DNA of 64,000 bases from Azolla caroliniana (GCA_043228905.1 JBHGNT010000004.1:5394001-5458000), one strand, 5' to 3'; shown: positions 1-10,306, counted from the stretch's first letter. Notes: a model not told the origin generated them from the letters alone. Translations and numbers: made by a program.

Positions 1-117
1 GTACACATCAGAATGATGGCTTGCATTGCATCCTCCAACGGGAACTTGATCGCCGCAAGCTGGTTCACGAATCCCATGAACGTGCTCACATGTTCCACCA
101 TATTCTCGCCGTCCCGG

Positions 118-884
118 TGTCGTGAAGAAAACCGTCCATAGGCGGAATCGGCGCACCAAGGCGTGGGAACCGGTTCTTCACGCGCGCGCGCTCCAAGTCG
201 TACATAGAAGTTAATTGGGAGGATAATCGGCAGGAACGGGCCCTAACTCGAGTGGAGACAAAGACCGCGCGAACAGTCTTTTCGGTCGCGCGCGCGAACT
301 GTACGAGTCGGCGGCGTGACTACGCGGATGCGTGAAAAACGGAGCGGATCCCTGTCCAAAAGGGACAGGGAATAAAGCTGACATGACGGCCTGCTCGTCG
401 GGCTATAAAAAGAGGAGGAAAGAGCTGTTGCAGGGATCTCGCGCGGAGAGGAGGAAGTGCTGTCGGACCGTTTCTGGACGCTTCTCTCTCTGTTTTCCTT
501 CCTTCTCGAGCTCCATAGTTTCTGTGCAGGGTTCCGAGGAGACTCGCGCTGTTTCGAGGAACGCCCGAGTGCTTCCGGCAGCCCCTTTGAGCGTCGAAGT
601 GAACAGGCATCGGCATCTGTTCGCCGGCCTGTTCGGTTGTAACCAACCTGTGCCCCATCGAGGGTTGTAGTCGTGTTAGCCATTGTGTTAATATACATAT
701 TTAGTCATTAGCATCTGTCTGTGTCGGTGTCTGTTTGCGTTCTCCGTGCTGAAGGGCCGTGTCCCTGTGCATCCCCGGTCCTGCGTAGCCGGTTCTCTCT
801 CTTTCTCCTCCCTCGCTTGCTCTTTGGTTCGAGACCCCCGCGGTCCCGCCTCGATTCCTTACGCACTTGCGTAATATCTCGACA
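118..884 (+). repeat. G1 5' LTR
   Basis: Direct repeat of 6597-7363 (offset 6479; ORF-track translations identical); TATA-like TATAAAA at 404-410. Confidence 0.97.
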
Positions 885-888
885 TCTT

Positions 889-906
889 TGGTGAACCCGA
901 CGTGAA
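889..906 (+). promoter_or_regulatory. Primer-binding site complementary to tRNA-Trp 3' end
   Basis: TGGTGAACCCGACGTGAA, 4 nt after the LTR, is the reverse complement of the plant cytosolic tRNA-Trp end ...UUCACGUCGGGUUCACCA (recalled). The same PBS occurs in G2 and G3. Confidence 0.85.
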
Positions 907-928
907 AGAGGCGGCAGAAGAGCAGAAG

Positions 929-3055
929 ATGAGGGGGTCGGATCTTGCAGAGGCCATGGCTTCGGCCGTGGATCGGATTGTAAACGCGCGCGAGGGCACC
1001 GGTGCCCTCGACAGAGCTATTGAGGCGGTCGTTGGCACGATCGGCCGGTTCGATGGGAAGGATGCCACGAAGTATTTGGCGTCCTACGGTGCAGAGATGC
1101 TGATGCGGGACATTCCGGAAGAAAGGCGTCTTGCCGGATTTCCCCGAGTGGCGATGCCGAGCATCCATGCGGAGGTGCTCGAGGTGCGGACGGAGAGCCG
1201 TACCTGGGAGGAGTTCGAAGGTCGGCTCCTAGAGAAATACGGGCTGGACGACGCGCTCCGGCTTTCGAAGCGAAGGTTCATGGAATGGGTGGAGTCCCCG
1301 GGGAAGGGAAGAAACGCGTCGGCGCTCCTCCGGGAGTTCGAGGAAAACTTTGCGCGCCTTTCGGCGCTCGACCGAACCATCCTGGACACGAGCCGGGTCT
1401 TGCTGTTTGTCAAGTCGGTCGACGAGCGGGATCGGGAGCAAGTGGGCCTCTTGCTGGAAACCGAAGACGGGCTCACTACCGACTGGGCGGCTGTCAGGAA
1501 GGTCTGTGGCCGTTTCGACAAACGGCGAGAATGGGCGGATAACGGGGCGACTGGGTCGGGCTCGGTCGCAGCAAGGAAGCTCGAACCAGCGCCACAGGTG
1601 CGCAAGGAAGAGACCCGGGAGTGGTTGGAAACCGGTTCGGCTTCGACCGGCGTAGTCAGAGGCTCAACCGGGGGAGCGGCGCTGGAGGAATTGACGAAGG
1701 CAATAAAGGACCTCCAAATCGCGCAGGCCCGAAGGGAAGGAGGCGAACCGGCTCGTGACCGACGGCCGGCGGCAGGAAACAGGTGCATGTGGTGCGATGA
1801 AGTCGGCCACATTCGGAAGGACTGCAGCGACTTCGCGGAGGCGCTGAGGGACAGGGTGGTGTACCTGTGGGAAGGACGGGTGCATGCCAGCGACACCCGA
1901 AGGGCCCTGAGCCGAAACGACGGAAGAGGTGGTATGAAAAGGGTGATGGAAGAGGCGGCGGCCCGACACGCGGAAACCGTCCACTACTCGGCGTCGGCCG
2001 GCATTCGAGTCGGGGGCGGCGAGGCCCGAAAGGAAAGCAAAGCCGGATTCTGGCCGACGATGCTGGAAGGCCTTGCCGGTGCCGGGCTTAAAAGGGAGGA
2101 ATCGGACCGTGCGGAGAAACGGGTACGGGAGATGACCGGGTGGAGCGACCCGGTCGAGGAAAAGACGGGCTTCGTGGAAGCCGCTTGCCGGAACTACGAG
2201 GCTCTGGTAGAAGAGAAGCGGGTGGGGAAACCCGGGACGACCGGGCCCTCACAACGATACGAGACCCGGTCCGGGCCACGACGGGACGAAGCCGGCGGGG
2301 CCGGTGCGCAAGATAAACCCCAGAAGGGCGGGTACCGTCTGGGGACGGAGATAGAAAGAACCACGGACTTACGAAAGGTCCTGGAGGAACGGATCCTCGA
2401 CAGCAAGGTGGAGCTGTCGCTACGGGAGGTGCTGGGAATCGCCAAGAAGGAGTTCCACGACTCCATCGTGGACTTGGTGAAACGGAAGAGGCTGTCAACG
2501 GAGACAGAACCGGAAAGACCGGTGGAAGTGCGGGCGACGCACCTGGACGACATGGCGCTGGAAGACGAGTGGGCGGAGAGCCACTATTCGCGGCCACACT
2601 GGGCCCGAGCGACCACGGAAACCCCGGTAAAGATCGGCGATGTCCAGGAACCGGTAGTAGCTTTGGTGGACCACGGATCGGAAATCAACCTGATGTCCAT
2701 GGACTTCTATAAGAAGGGCAAATGGCCGATCAACACCAAGCACGGGTGGAAGATAAGGGCGGCGACGCGCGCCACCGAGGAACTTCACGGGGCTTGCCCG
2801 AATGTACGGGTCAAGATCGGCGATGTCGAGATAGACCAGCACTTCTTCGTGCAGGAGTCGTCATCGCACCCCGTCATACTGGGAGAGCCGTACATCACGG
2901 CGGCTCGAATGGAGACCAAAGTGCTGGACAACGGTTCGGCCTATGCGCGGGTCAAGAGCCAGGACGGGCGCCATTCGGTCCAGTTTTTGACGGTTAGGCC
3001 GAACCACGAGCGTAACCGCGACTCCCTCGGTTCCGATAACCGAGAGGATTTTTAG
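929..3055 (+). CDS. gag: G1 Gag-protease polyprotein
   Basis: First ATG at 929; CCHC knuckle CMWCDEVGHIRKDC; aspartic protease VVALVDHGSEINLM...VILGEPY. Confidence 0.92.
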   Translation: MRGSDLAEAMASAVDRIVNAREGTGALDRAIEAVVGTIGRFDGKDATKYLASYGAEMLMRDIPEERRLAGFPRVAMPSIHAEVLEVRTESRTWEEFEGRLLEKYGLDDALRLSKRRFMEWVESPGKGRNASALLREFEENFARLSALDRTILDTSRVLLFVKSVDERDREQVGLLLETEDGLTTDWAAVRKVCGRFDKRREWADNGATGSGSVAARKLEPAPQVRKEETREWLETGSASTGVVRGSTGGAALEELTKAIKDLQIAQARREGGEPARDRRPAAGNRCMWCDEVGHIRKDCSDFAEALRDRVVYLWEGRVHASDTRRALSRNDGRGGMKRVMEEAAARHAETVHYSASAGIRVGGGEARKESKAGFWPTMLEGLAGAGLKREESDRAEKRVREMTGWSDPVEEKTGFVEAACRNYEALVEEKRVGKPGTTGPSQRYETRSGPRRDEAGGAGAQDKPQKGGYRLGTEIERTTDLRKVLEERILDSKVELSLREVLGIAKKEFHDSIVDLVKRKRLSTETEPERPVEVRATHLDDMALEDEWAESHYSRPHWARATTETPVKIGDVQEPVVALVDHGSEINLMSMDFYKKGKWPINTKHGWKIRAATRATEELHGACPNVRVKIGDVEIDQHFFVQESSSHPVILGEPYITAARMETKVLDNGSAYARVKSQDGRHSVQFLTVRPNHERNRDSLGSDNREDF

Positions 3056-6000
3056 AGAGGGCTGCCAAGGCGTGGGGCCGCGACAGTCCGGACACCCCGG
3101 GAAAACCCCACACCTGTACGATAAAACCGAAGAAACCTTGTACCATAGGTAGGGAATTTTTGTTCTCCGACAGCGGAGCGTGTACGATAGTCGGCATCGG
3201 CGGCCGAGAGAAGACGAAGGCGGAGGGGAGACTTCGGGCGTGCGGAGTTCTCGGCCCGGACGAGGGAATCAACGGAGCCGTGGAGGCGGTCTCATTCGAC
3301 GACACCTTGGGGATGCTGGGAAAGGTAGTCGAAGAAGGCCTTAACGAAGACCGGACGATACCGGTGTGTTCTGAGGAGATGTACGAAGTCATCGCGGACT
3401 TCGGTCGAGGGCTCGAGTCAGTTCGGACGGCCCACGTAAGCACCAAGTACAAGACTGTGGACCGGAAGGTAAGGCCAGTCGCGGCACCCTTGCCGGAGGA
3501 CAGCGCGTCGAGAATCAAAGGGGTTGCATCGGACCCTAGTCTACGAGATCCGGCCTGCATAGGGCACACCTTCACCGACGAGACGCTCCGAGAGCTCAAA
3601 ATCGGTGGGGGCGGGTTCCTACTGCCGGCGGAGGAAGACCGGTTTCGGAGAATGCTCGGAAGGCACGGGAAAGCCTTCGCATTCTCGCCGGAGGAGATCG
3701 GGTGCGTTGACCCGACGATCGTGGAGCCGATGGTGATATTCACGATACCGCATGTACCATGGAATCTCAAGCCAATCCCGGTTCCGAGAGCTCACATCCC
3801 GAAGTTGATGGAGCTGCTGAGGCAGAAAGTTGATATGGGAATTCTCGAGCCGTCGAGCGCCCCATATTCGAATCGATGGTTTACCGTACCGAAGAAAAAC
3901 GGTTCGTTGCGCTTCATCCAGGACCTGCAGCCGGTCAATCGAGTGACCATTCGGAACGCCGGGATCGGACCGACCATAGACGAGTTCGCGGAGGCCTTCG
4001 CCGGAAGGTCAATTTACTCGGTCGGGGATCTATACTCAGGGTACGACCAGTTCCAGCTGGCCGTGGAGAGCAGAGACATTACGACGATGCGAACTCCCCT
4101 CGGCCTAGTTCGGATGTGTACACTGCCGCAAGGAGGGACCAACTCGGTGGCCCACATGGTGAATGCGATGAACAAGGTTCTGAGGGACTGTATCCCGGAC
4201 ATCACCATGCCGTTTCTGGACGACATCCCGATCAAGGGAAGCCCGGTGGAAGAAAAGGACGAGACGATCGGGCCGGACGGATGCCGGCGATTCGTGGCGA
4301 CGCACATCGACGACTGCGAGGAGGTGCTGCAAAGGCTAGAGGATGCGAGACTCACCTTCTCCGGGGAGAAGTCGGCCTTCGGGCAGTCAGAAATCATGGT
4401 GGTCGGACACCTGTGCGGACCATATGGCCGGAAACCGTCTCCGGCAAAGGTAGAAGCCATCTCCGCGATGAAGCCCGACTGCAGCTCGGTCACGGAAGTA
4501 CGGAGATTCCTGGGGGCATGCGCGTTCTACCACATATGGATCCCGCATTACGCACACCTCGCGGAGCCACTGTACGGGTTGCTGAAAAAGGGGCGAAGGT
4601 TCGAATGGCTAGACGAGCACGCGGAATCGGTCCGGAAGCTGAAAGAGGCCCTTGCAGCGGCACCGGCACTCCGGAAGGCGGTATACGGGAAGGGTACCCC
4701 GGTATTCATAACGGTGGATACCAGTCCGACCGGGATCGGATGGGTCGTGAACCAGGAAGACAAGGACAGCAATCGGTTTCCGATCCGATTCGGCGCGAAA
4801 GTCCTCAGTGAACGGCAGCGAGGATACGCCCAGGTTAAACGCGAACTCTGGGGTATCGTTTCGGCGGTGAAGGCCGACAAGGACTATCTGATCGGGACGG
4901 AGGTAATCATAGAGACGGATTGCATGCCGATTCTCGGCATGGTTTCCGGGTGCGCGACTCCGGACCTGGCGATGCTCAGGTGGATAGCGTACATCAAGTC
5001 CCTGGACCCGGAAATACGACACATTTCCGGGAAAGACAACGCCATGGCCGACATGCTTTCGAGGGCGAGGTTCGACGACGAAGGCGGCATGGTTTCGGAA
5101 GACGAAGAAGTCGGCGTGGATTTCATCGAGGCGGCATACATGACGACCGACGGGAGGAGCACTCCGGCGCTTAACGAGTTCGACGCGAGTAAGTACGACG
5201 GGGAGTGGTTGCAGATCGGCGGGTTTTTGAAGACAATGACGCCCGATGCGTCATGGACGAAGGACGAGGCCAACCGGATCCGGAAGAAAGCATATCGATT
5301 CTTTCTCCGAGATGGGCATTTGTGGAAGCACCCGAAGAAGAGGAACGGCGTCCCGCTCCGGGTGGTGGCGATGAAGGAAGAACAGGAGGAGCTACTGGCG
5401 GCCTACCACGACAGCTCTTGGGCTGGACACCGTGGAACGTGGGCGACGTTCGAGAAATTAAAGGGGAAGTATTGGTGGCCGGGGCAGTACCGGGACGTGC
5501 ATCGGTTCGTGACAACTTGCGGGAGCTGTCAGATGCACTCCATCGTCCGACATCGGGACGAGCTTCACCCCACGTACCCTCCGACCATCCACTCCAAATG
5601 GATGGTAGATCTGGTGACGATGCCAATGGGGGTAGGACAGATGCGGTACCTGGTCCTAGCACGGGAGGATCTGACGAACCAGGTGGAAGGCCGGGCCCTT
5701 CCGAACAAAACGACCGCGGCCGTATGCCGGTTCCTAATCGAGGACGTGATATGCCGGTACGGGTGCGTCGGGAAGATCGTGGCTGACCGAGGGGAGTTGG
5801 ACGCCGAAGAAGCCGCGGAGCTGTTCGACCGGCTGGGAGTCAAGCTTTCGCTCACCACTGCGTACAACCCGGAGGCGAATGGAAAGGTGGAGCGCGGACA
5901 CGGGCCGATCGTTAAGGCGCTGGTTCGGGCATGCAGAGGCCAAGTCGGTAACTGGCCGCGACTTCTACCTTATGCGTTGTGGGCAGACCGGACCACGCAC

Positions 6001-6525
6001 AGTTCGGTAACCGGGTACATGCCGACGGAGCTCATGTTCGGCCAGAAGCCGATCATGCCGATTGAACGGACGATCTCCTCGTGGGCAACGACCGACTGGA
6101 GGGACGAGATGAGCCGGGAGGAGTTGTTGGCCGCACGTATACGACAGCTCGAGCGGCGACCGGAGGACGTGGCACTGGCTACGGAGAAGCTCCGGGTGGC
6201 GAGGACAAAGAACAAAGCCCGGTTCGACCGAACGCACCGGCTACGACCGAAGAAAATCGAAGAGGGTGACTGGGTGCTCGTCTACGACAGCAGCCTCGAC
6301 AACCAGCACCGAGCTACACGGAAGTTCGCACGAAGATGGTTCGGGCCCTACGTGGTACGGAGCGCCAATGACAACGGGACATATCACCTGGCGGAACTCG
6401 ACGGCACGAGAATGGCGATACCGGTTGCAGGGAAGCGGATCAAAGCGTTCAAGAAGCGACACGACGACGAACCAGACCCGGCTCTCCTGGTCGGCAGTGA
6501 CGAACGATCCGAAAACGAGGAATGA
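3046..6525 (+). CDS. pol: G1 Pol (RT-RNase H-integrase), probably reached by -1 frameshift
   Basis: Frame open from 2998 to 6525. RT LPQGGTNS...FLDD; RNase H VDTSPTGIG...ETDC; integrase HHCC, DLV..DRGE..E and WFGPY (GPY/F); no chromodomain. Confidence 0.93.
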   Translation, partial: GFLERAAKAWGRDSPDTPGKPHTCTIKPKKPCTIGREFLFSDSGACTIVGIGGREKTKAEGRLRACGVLGPDEGINGAVEAVSFDDTLGMLGKVVEEGLNEDRTIPVCSEEMYEVIADFGRGLESVRTAHVSTKYKTVDRKVRPVAAPLPEDSASRIKGVASDPSLRDPACIGHTFTDETLRELKIGGGGFLLPAEEDRFRRMLGRHGKAFAFSPEEIGCVDPTIVEPMVIFTIPHVPWNLKPIPVPRAHIPKLMELLRQKVDMGILEPSSAPYSNRWFTVPKKNGSLRFIQDLQPVNRVTIRNAGIGPTIDEFAEAFAGRSIYSVGDLYSGYDQFQLAVESRDITTMRTPLGLVRMCTLPQGGTNSVAHMVNAMNKVLRDCIPDITMPFLDDIPIKGSPVEEKDETIGPDGCRRFVATHIDDCEEVLQRLEDARLTFSGEKSAFGQSEIMVVGHLCGPYGRKPSPAKVEAISAMKPDCSSVTEVRRFLGACAFYHIWIPHYAHLAEPLYGLLKKGRRFEWLDEHAESVRKLKEALAAAPALRKAVYGKGTPVFITVDTSPTGIGWVVNQEDKDSNRFPIRFGAKVLSERQRGYAQVKRELWGIVSAVKADKDYLIGTEVIIETDCMPILGMVSGCATPDLAMLRWIAYIKSLDPEIRHISGKDNAMADMLSRARFDDEGGMVSEDEEVGVDFIEAAYMTTDGRSTPALNEFDASKYDGEWLQIGGFLKTMTPDASWTKDEANRIRKKAYRFFLRDGHLWKHPKKRNGVPLRVVAMKEEQEELLAAYHDSSWAGHRGTWATFEKLKGKYWWPGQYRDVHRFVTTCGSCQMHSIVRHRDELHPTYPPTIHSKWMVDLVTMPMGVGQMRYLVLAREDLTNQVEGRALPNKTTAAVCRFLIEDVICRYGCVGKIVADRGELDAEEAAELFDRLGVKLSLTTAYNPEANGKVERGHGPIVKALVRACRGQVGNWPRLLPYALWADRTTHSSVTGYMPTELMFGQKPIMPIERTISSWATTDWRDEMSREELLAARIRQLERRPEDVALATEKLRVARTKNKARFDRTHRLRPKKIEEGDWVLVYDSSLDNQHRATRKFARRWFGPYVVRSANDNGTYHLAELDGTRMAIPVAGKRIKAFKKRHDDEPDPALLVGSDERSENEE

Positions 6526-6579
6526 AGACGGGCCGGTTTTCTCCGTCCCAACTCTCTTGGCGCATACCGGAGGATGCGC

Positions 6580-6596
6580 GGTTAGGTGGGGGCGGA
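6580..6596 (+). promoter_or_regulatory. G1 polypurine tract
   Basis: GGTTAGGTGGGGGCGGA immediately before the 3' LTR; similar tracts in G2 and G3. Confidence 0.75.
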
Positions 6597-7363
6597 TGTC
6601 GTGAAGAAAACCGTCCATAGGCGGAATCGGCGCACCAAGGCGTGGGAACCGGTTCTTCACGCGCGCGCGCTCCAAGTCGTACATAGAAGTTAATTGGGAG
6701 GATAATCGGCAGGAACGGGCCCTAACTCGAGTGGAGACAAAGACCGCGCGAACAGTCTTTTCGGTCGCGCGCGCGAACTGTACGAGTCGGCGGCGTGACT
6801 ACGCGGATGCGTGAAAAACGGAGCGGATCCCTGTCCAAAAGGGACAGGGAATAAAGCTGACATGACGGCCTGCTCGTCGGGCTATAAAAAGAGGAGGAAA
6901 GAGCTGTTGCAGGGATCTCGCGCGGAGAGGAGGAAGTGCTGTCGGACCGTTTCTGGACGCTTCTCTCTCTGTTTTCCTTCCTTCTCGAGCTCCATAGTTT
7001 CTGTGCAGGGTTCCGAGGAGACTCGCGCTGTTTCGAGGAACGCCCGAGTGCTTCCGGCAGCCCCTTTGAGCGTCGAAGTGAACAGGCATCGGCATCTGTT
7101 CGCCGGCCTGTTCGGTTGTAACCAACCTGTGCCCCATCGAGGGTTGTAGTCGTGTTAGCCATTGTGTTAATATACATATTTAGTCATTAGCATCTGTCTG
7201 TGTCGGTGTCTGTTTGCGTTCTCCGTGCTGAAGGGCCGTGTCCCTGTGCATCCCCGGTCCTGCGTAGCCGGTTCTCTCTCTTTCTCCTCCCTCGCTTGCT
7301 CTTTGGTTCGAGACCCCCGCGGTCCCGCCTCGATTCCTTACGCACTTGCGTAATATCTCGACA
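6597..7363 (+). repeat. G1 3' LTR
   Basis: Copy of 118-884, followed by TSD CCGG. Confidence 0.97.
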
Positions 7364-7735
7364 CCGGTACTTGAGGTTCACTATCTTCCTCATCAGGGAG
7401 GTCCGGTTCAACGCATTCTTCCTCTCGTAGAGGCCCGACAGCTTCTTCCACATCTCATATGCGTTGGTGTCGTTCGCCACATGTTGTAGAACGCTTACAT
7501 CGACATATTGCCGGATCGTCGCTACGGCTTTCCGGTTCAGGAGCTTCCACTCCGACTCTATTACCCCCTTGGGTATCTCGGCATTGTCGATCGGTTCATA
7601 CAGGTCTCGGACGATGAGAAGGTCTTCCATCTTTATCTTCCAGTCGGCGTAGTTCTGTGACTTCAACACCATCATGCCCGGAGGCCCACTACCGCCGCCT
7701 TCCATTTTCTGTGTTACCGTGCTCTGATACCAATT

Positions 7736-8402
7736 TGTTGCAAACAGCGCTCGGCCACAACCGAGGAATATGATTAACTCACAGAAAACAGGAAATACAA
7801 AATGCACGAAGTACAATAGAGAGAAGAGTACACGGGATGTTTTACGTGGAAAACCCTAACTGGGGAAAAACCACAGGAGCCTCAAACTCCAACTATCACT
7901 ATAGACAGAGATGTACAATGGTGAAGCTACAAGGCAACAACCTTGAGCTCACTGTCTTCGCCACAGGCGGCGGCAGTACACAGAGGCAACGACCTCTTCG
8001 TCTCTCTCTCCCTCTCTCTCTCGGCTACTCACTTTTCTCTCTCTCTCGGCTGAAAACATAAAAATGAGCAACAACATAAACTGTTTGCCCTAAGTCATAT
8101 TTATACACATATGACTTTCGGGCTATTTACAAATATAGCCTCAAGGGCTCTTAGCAGACATATTCACAAATATGTCCCCGCATCCGGATCTCTCTCCGGG
8201 TACATTCGTCATCCGGCTCCGTAACCGGGGTCTTCAGCATCCGGCTCCGTAACCGGGGTCTTCATCATCCGGCTCCGTAACCGGGGTCTTCATCATCCGG
8301 CTCCGTAGCCGGGGTCTTCATCATCCGGCTCCGTAACCGCAACCGGGCTTGCCGTCATTTATCTCCGGGGACATCCCATCCGGAGGGACCGAAATCCCAA
8401 CA
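7736..8402 (-). repeat. C1 5' LTR (667 bp)
   Basis: TG...CA ends, adjacent PBS, homologous to the C4 LTR. Confidence 0.9.
8210..8339. repeat. 28-bp tandem repeat (~4.6 copies) in C1 LTR U3
   Basis: Unit CATCCGGCTCCGTAACCGGGGTCTTCAT at 8210, 8238, 8266, 8294 and partially at 8322. Confidence 0.92.
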
Positions 8403-9874
8403 CGTAATTCATGAGTTGTCAAATTGTCGAAGCCGACTCACTTTTCTTCTTCTGACACTCCACCTCGTAGTGGCCGATTTTGCCGCAATAATTGCAAGTT
8501 GCGGGCCTCATTTTCCGACCATGTTCAACGTGGAAGCTCCCCCTTCTTCCGAAGGTTCTTCAATGGTTTCCGTGAAGGTTTGAGTTCCCTTCGTGTGATG
8601 GGCCGAATTGGCCTCTTCTACCGTCTCAACCTCGTTCTTGGCCACCATCCAAATTCTAGAAGAACATTTGTCCTTCCGATGTCTTGGTTTTGGTTTGGAC
8701 ATGGTTCTCTTCAACCATTAGCATTGATTGAAGGTTGAAGAATGAAGGAGGGTTTTCTCTCGCCAAGATTGCCGTCCTCAACGAGTAGAATCGTTGTGCG
8801 AGGACACCCAAGCATACTTAAACCATCTCGTCTTCGTCGACGTTTATTTTGATGGAGCCAAGCGAGTCGCAAATGCTCTTGATCTTGGCGGTGTAGTCCG
8901 ACACGGACATGTCTTTTTGCCAAATGTTGTTCAACTCTTGTTGGAGTTGAATCTTTCGGGCAGTCGTGTTGGCGGCGAACATTTTCTTTAAGTTCTCCCA
9001 TGCCTCTTTGGGCGTCTTGGTGTCTCGAATGTGGCTTATGGTCGTGGACACATGTTGCCAAGAAATACATGAATCAACTCGGTGCTTGCTCCCATGTTGC
9101 GTAGTCGGCGTTCTTTGAGTCAGGTCGATTTTCTTGAGCGTTGTTGATGTAGCTCCAATACCCTTGTTCGACGAGGTATTGGGTCATCTTGTACTCCCAA
9201 GATGAATAATTGCTCCGGTCTAGGTTTTCACTAGGCAACGAGCTACCCATTTGTGTGTTCATGTTGATTGTAGTGTCTTCCGTTTTGCTTTTCTTCCTTC
9301 GATCACGTACTCGTGCTACGTAGTGGCACTACGGTAGCGGATAGCCGGATTTTGTCGTCGGCGTCTCGAACACACAATCACAGAGTCGGGTGGGCTTAGT
9401 GGATTTTCTAAACCACACGCTCTTATACCATGTTAAGAATTAGCTAAGTAATTAATCAAGGGTTAATTAGTACCTAATTATGTGATTAAGTTATGCGGAA
9501 GATTAAGTGATATGTGTGTGTATGTGTGAGAGAGGAAGACAGAGAGAGAGATACACTTATGAACAACACAAGATGGGGGATGAGTAACAATATTAAATTA
9601 GCATTATGATCATCATCATCTACAAAAATACCCATAATGAGGTATATATACATTTCATGTGCAAGGGTGCACATGTGTGAGGATAATATAGGTACAACCG
9701 TGTAAGTCCTATATTAAATGACCTTGGGAATGGAGGATCTAGAATATCCTACTTAAGTACAAGGTCCTATTTAAGTCGTTTTAGTCAACACTTCTAACTA
9801 GATTCTATCTAGGTAACTATGAAGTTACATGGTTCACTAACTAACTAAACTAAGTTGAGCTTGATCTCTCAACA
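8403..9874 (-). mobile_element. Degenerate Ty1/copia element C2 (5' LTR, PBS, gag pseudogene), interrupted by C1
   Basis: LTR 9431-9874 begins TGTTGAGAGATCAAGCTCAAC in element sense; PBS TGGTATAAGAGC at 9419-9430. Frameshifted gag from 9262 (MNTQMGSSLPSENLDRSNYSSWEYKM) with a zinc knuckle near 8460-8500. Confidence 0.87.
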
Positions 9875-9918
9875 AGGATACTCCTTGACAAGTTGACGTC
9901 GGGCTTTAGCTGAGTGGG

Positions 9919-10238
9919 ATCCTCCAATCATGTAGTATTGTTGAGAGACAAGCTCAACATTCGGTACGTAATCGGGTGCGTAACCCAGTGCGTAAACTGG
10001 GTGCGTAGAACCATGCGCACAATAGGCCATAGCGGGGCGTAAACCGCGAGGCCGTTAGAAAGATATTCCTCTAAAGGAATAATTTTGGGAGTAAGTGTAG
10101 CGGCTCATTTATGAGCGTCAAGTACTGTCAGTACTTGTGTCAGCCCGATTGTTAGGGCTTGTATAAAAGGTGCTCACTGAGCACGGTGTATGTACACAGA
10201 ACAGAGAGTCATTATTTTGAATCTGAGTTTTTCTGTTG

Positions 10239-10297
<59 letters not shown>

Positions 10298-10306
10298 TCC
10301 ATCTCC
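9919..10306 (+). repeat. Tandem duplication of C3 5' flank plus partial LTR
   Basis: ATCCTCCAATCATGTAGTAT|TGTTGAGAGACAAG occurs at 9919 and 10307; the first copy ends just after the (CT)n tract. Confidence 0.9.

Larger units (their letters stand above)
118..7363 (+). mobile_element. Intact Ty3/gypsy LTR retrotransposon G1 (non-chromoviral, tRNA-Trp primed, 4-bp TSD CCGG)
   Basis: 767-bp LTRs at 118-884 and 6597-7363, TGTCG...CGACA, with no differences seen by eye. TSD CCGG at 114-117 and 7364-7367. PBS, PPT and uninterrupted gag-PR and RT-RH-INT ORFs are present. Confidence 0.97.
1..8402 (-). mobile_element. Ty1/copia LTR retrotransposon C1 (5' part; continues beyond window start), interrupted in gag by G1
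   Basis: 5' LTR 7736-8402 (TG...CA) and tRNA-iMet PBS TGGTATCAGAGC at 7721-7732. Gag starts MEGGGSGPPG at 7705; after removing G1 it continues in 1-117 (KYRDGENMVEHVSTFMGFVNQLAAIKFPLEDAMQ), nearly identical to C4 Gag. Confidence 0.93.

Noticed and set aside
243-698. 151-aa and overlapping ORFs repeated at 6722-7177
   Set aside because: They lie within the GC-rich LTRs, recur only because the LTR is duplicated and have no recognisable motifs.
1084-6684. Numerous antisense and alternate-frame ORFs over G1 (likewise G3, C4)
   Set aside because: Expected shadow ORFs of GC-rich coding DNA.
8210-8339. 28-bp repeat array as a possible CRISPR
   Set aside because: Repeats are contiguous with no unique spacers, lie inside an LTR and have no cas genes nearby.
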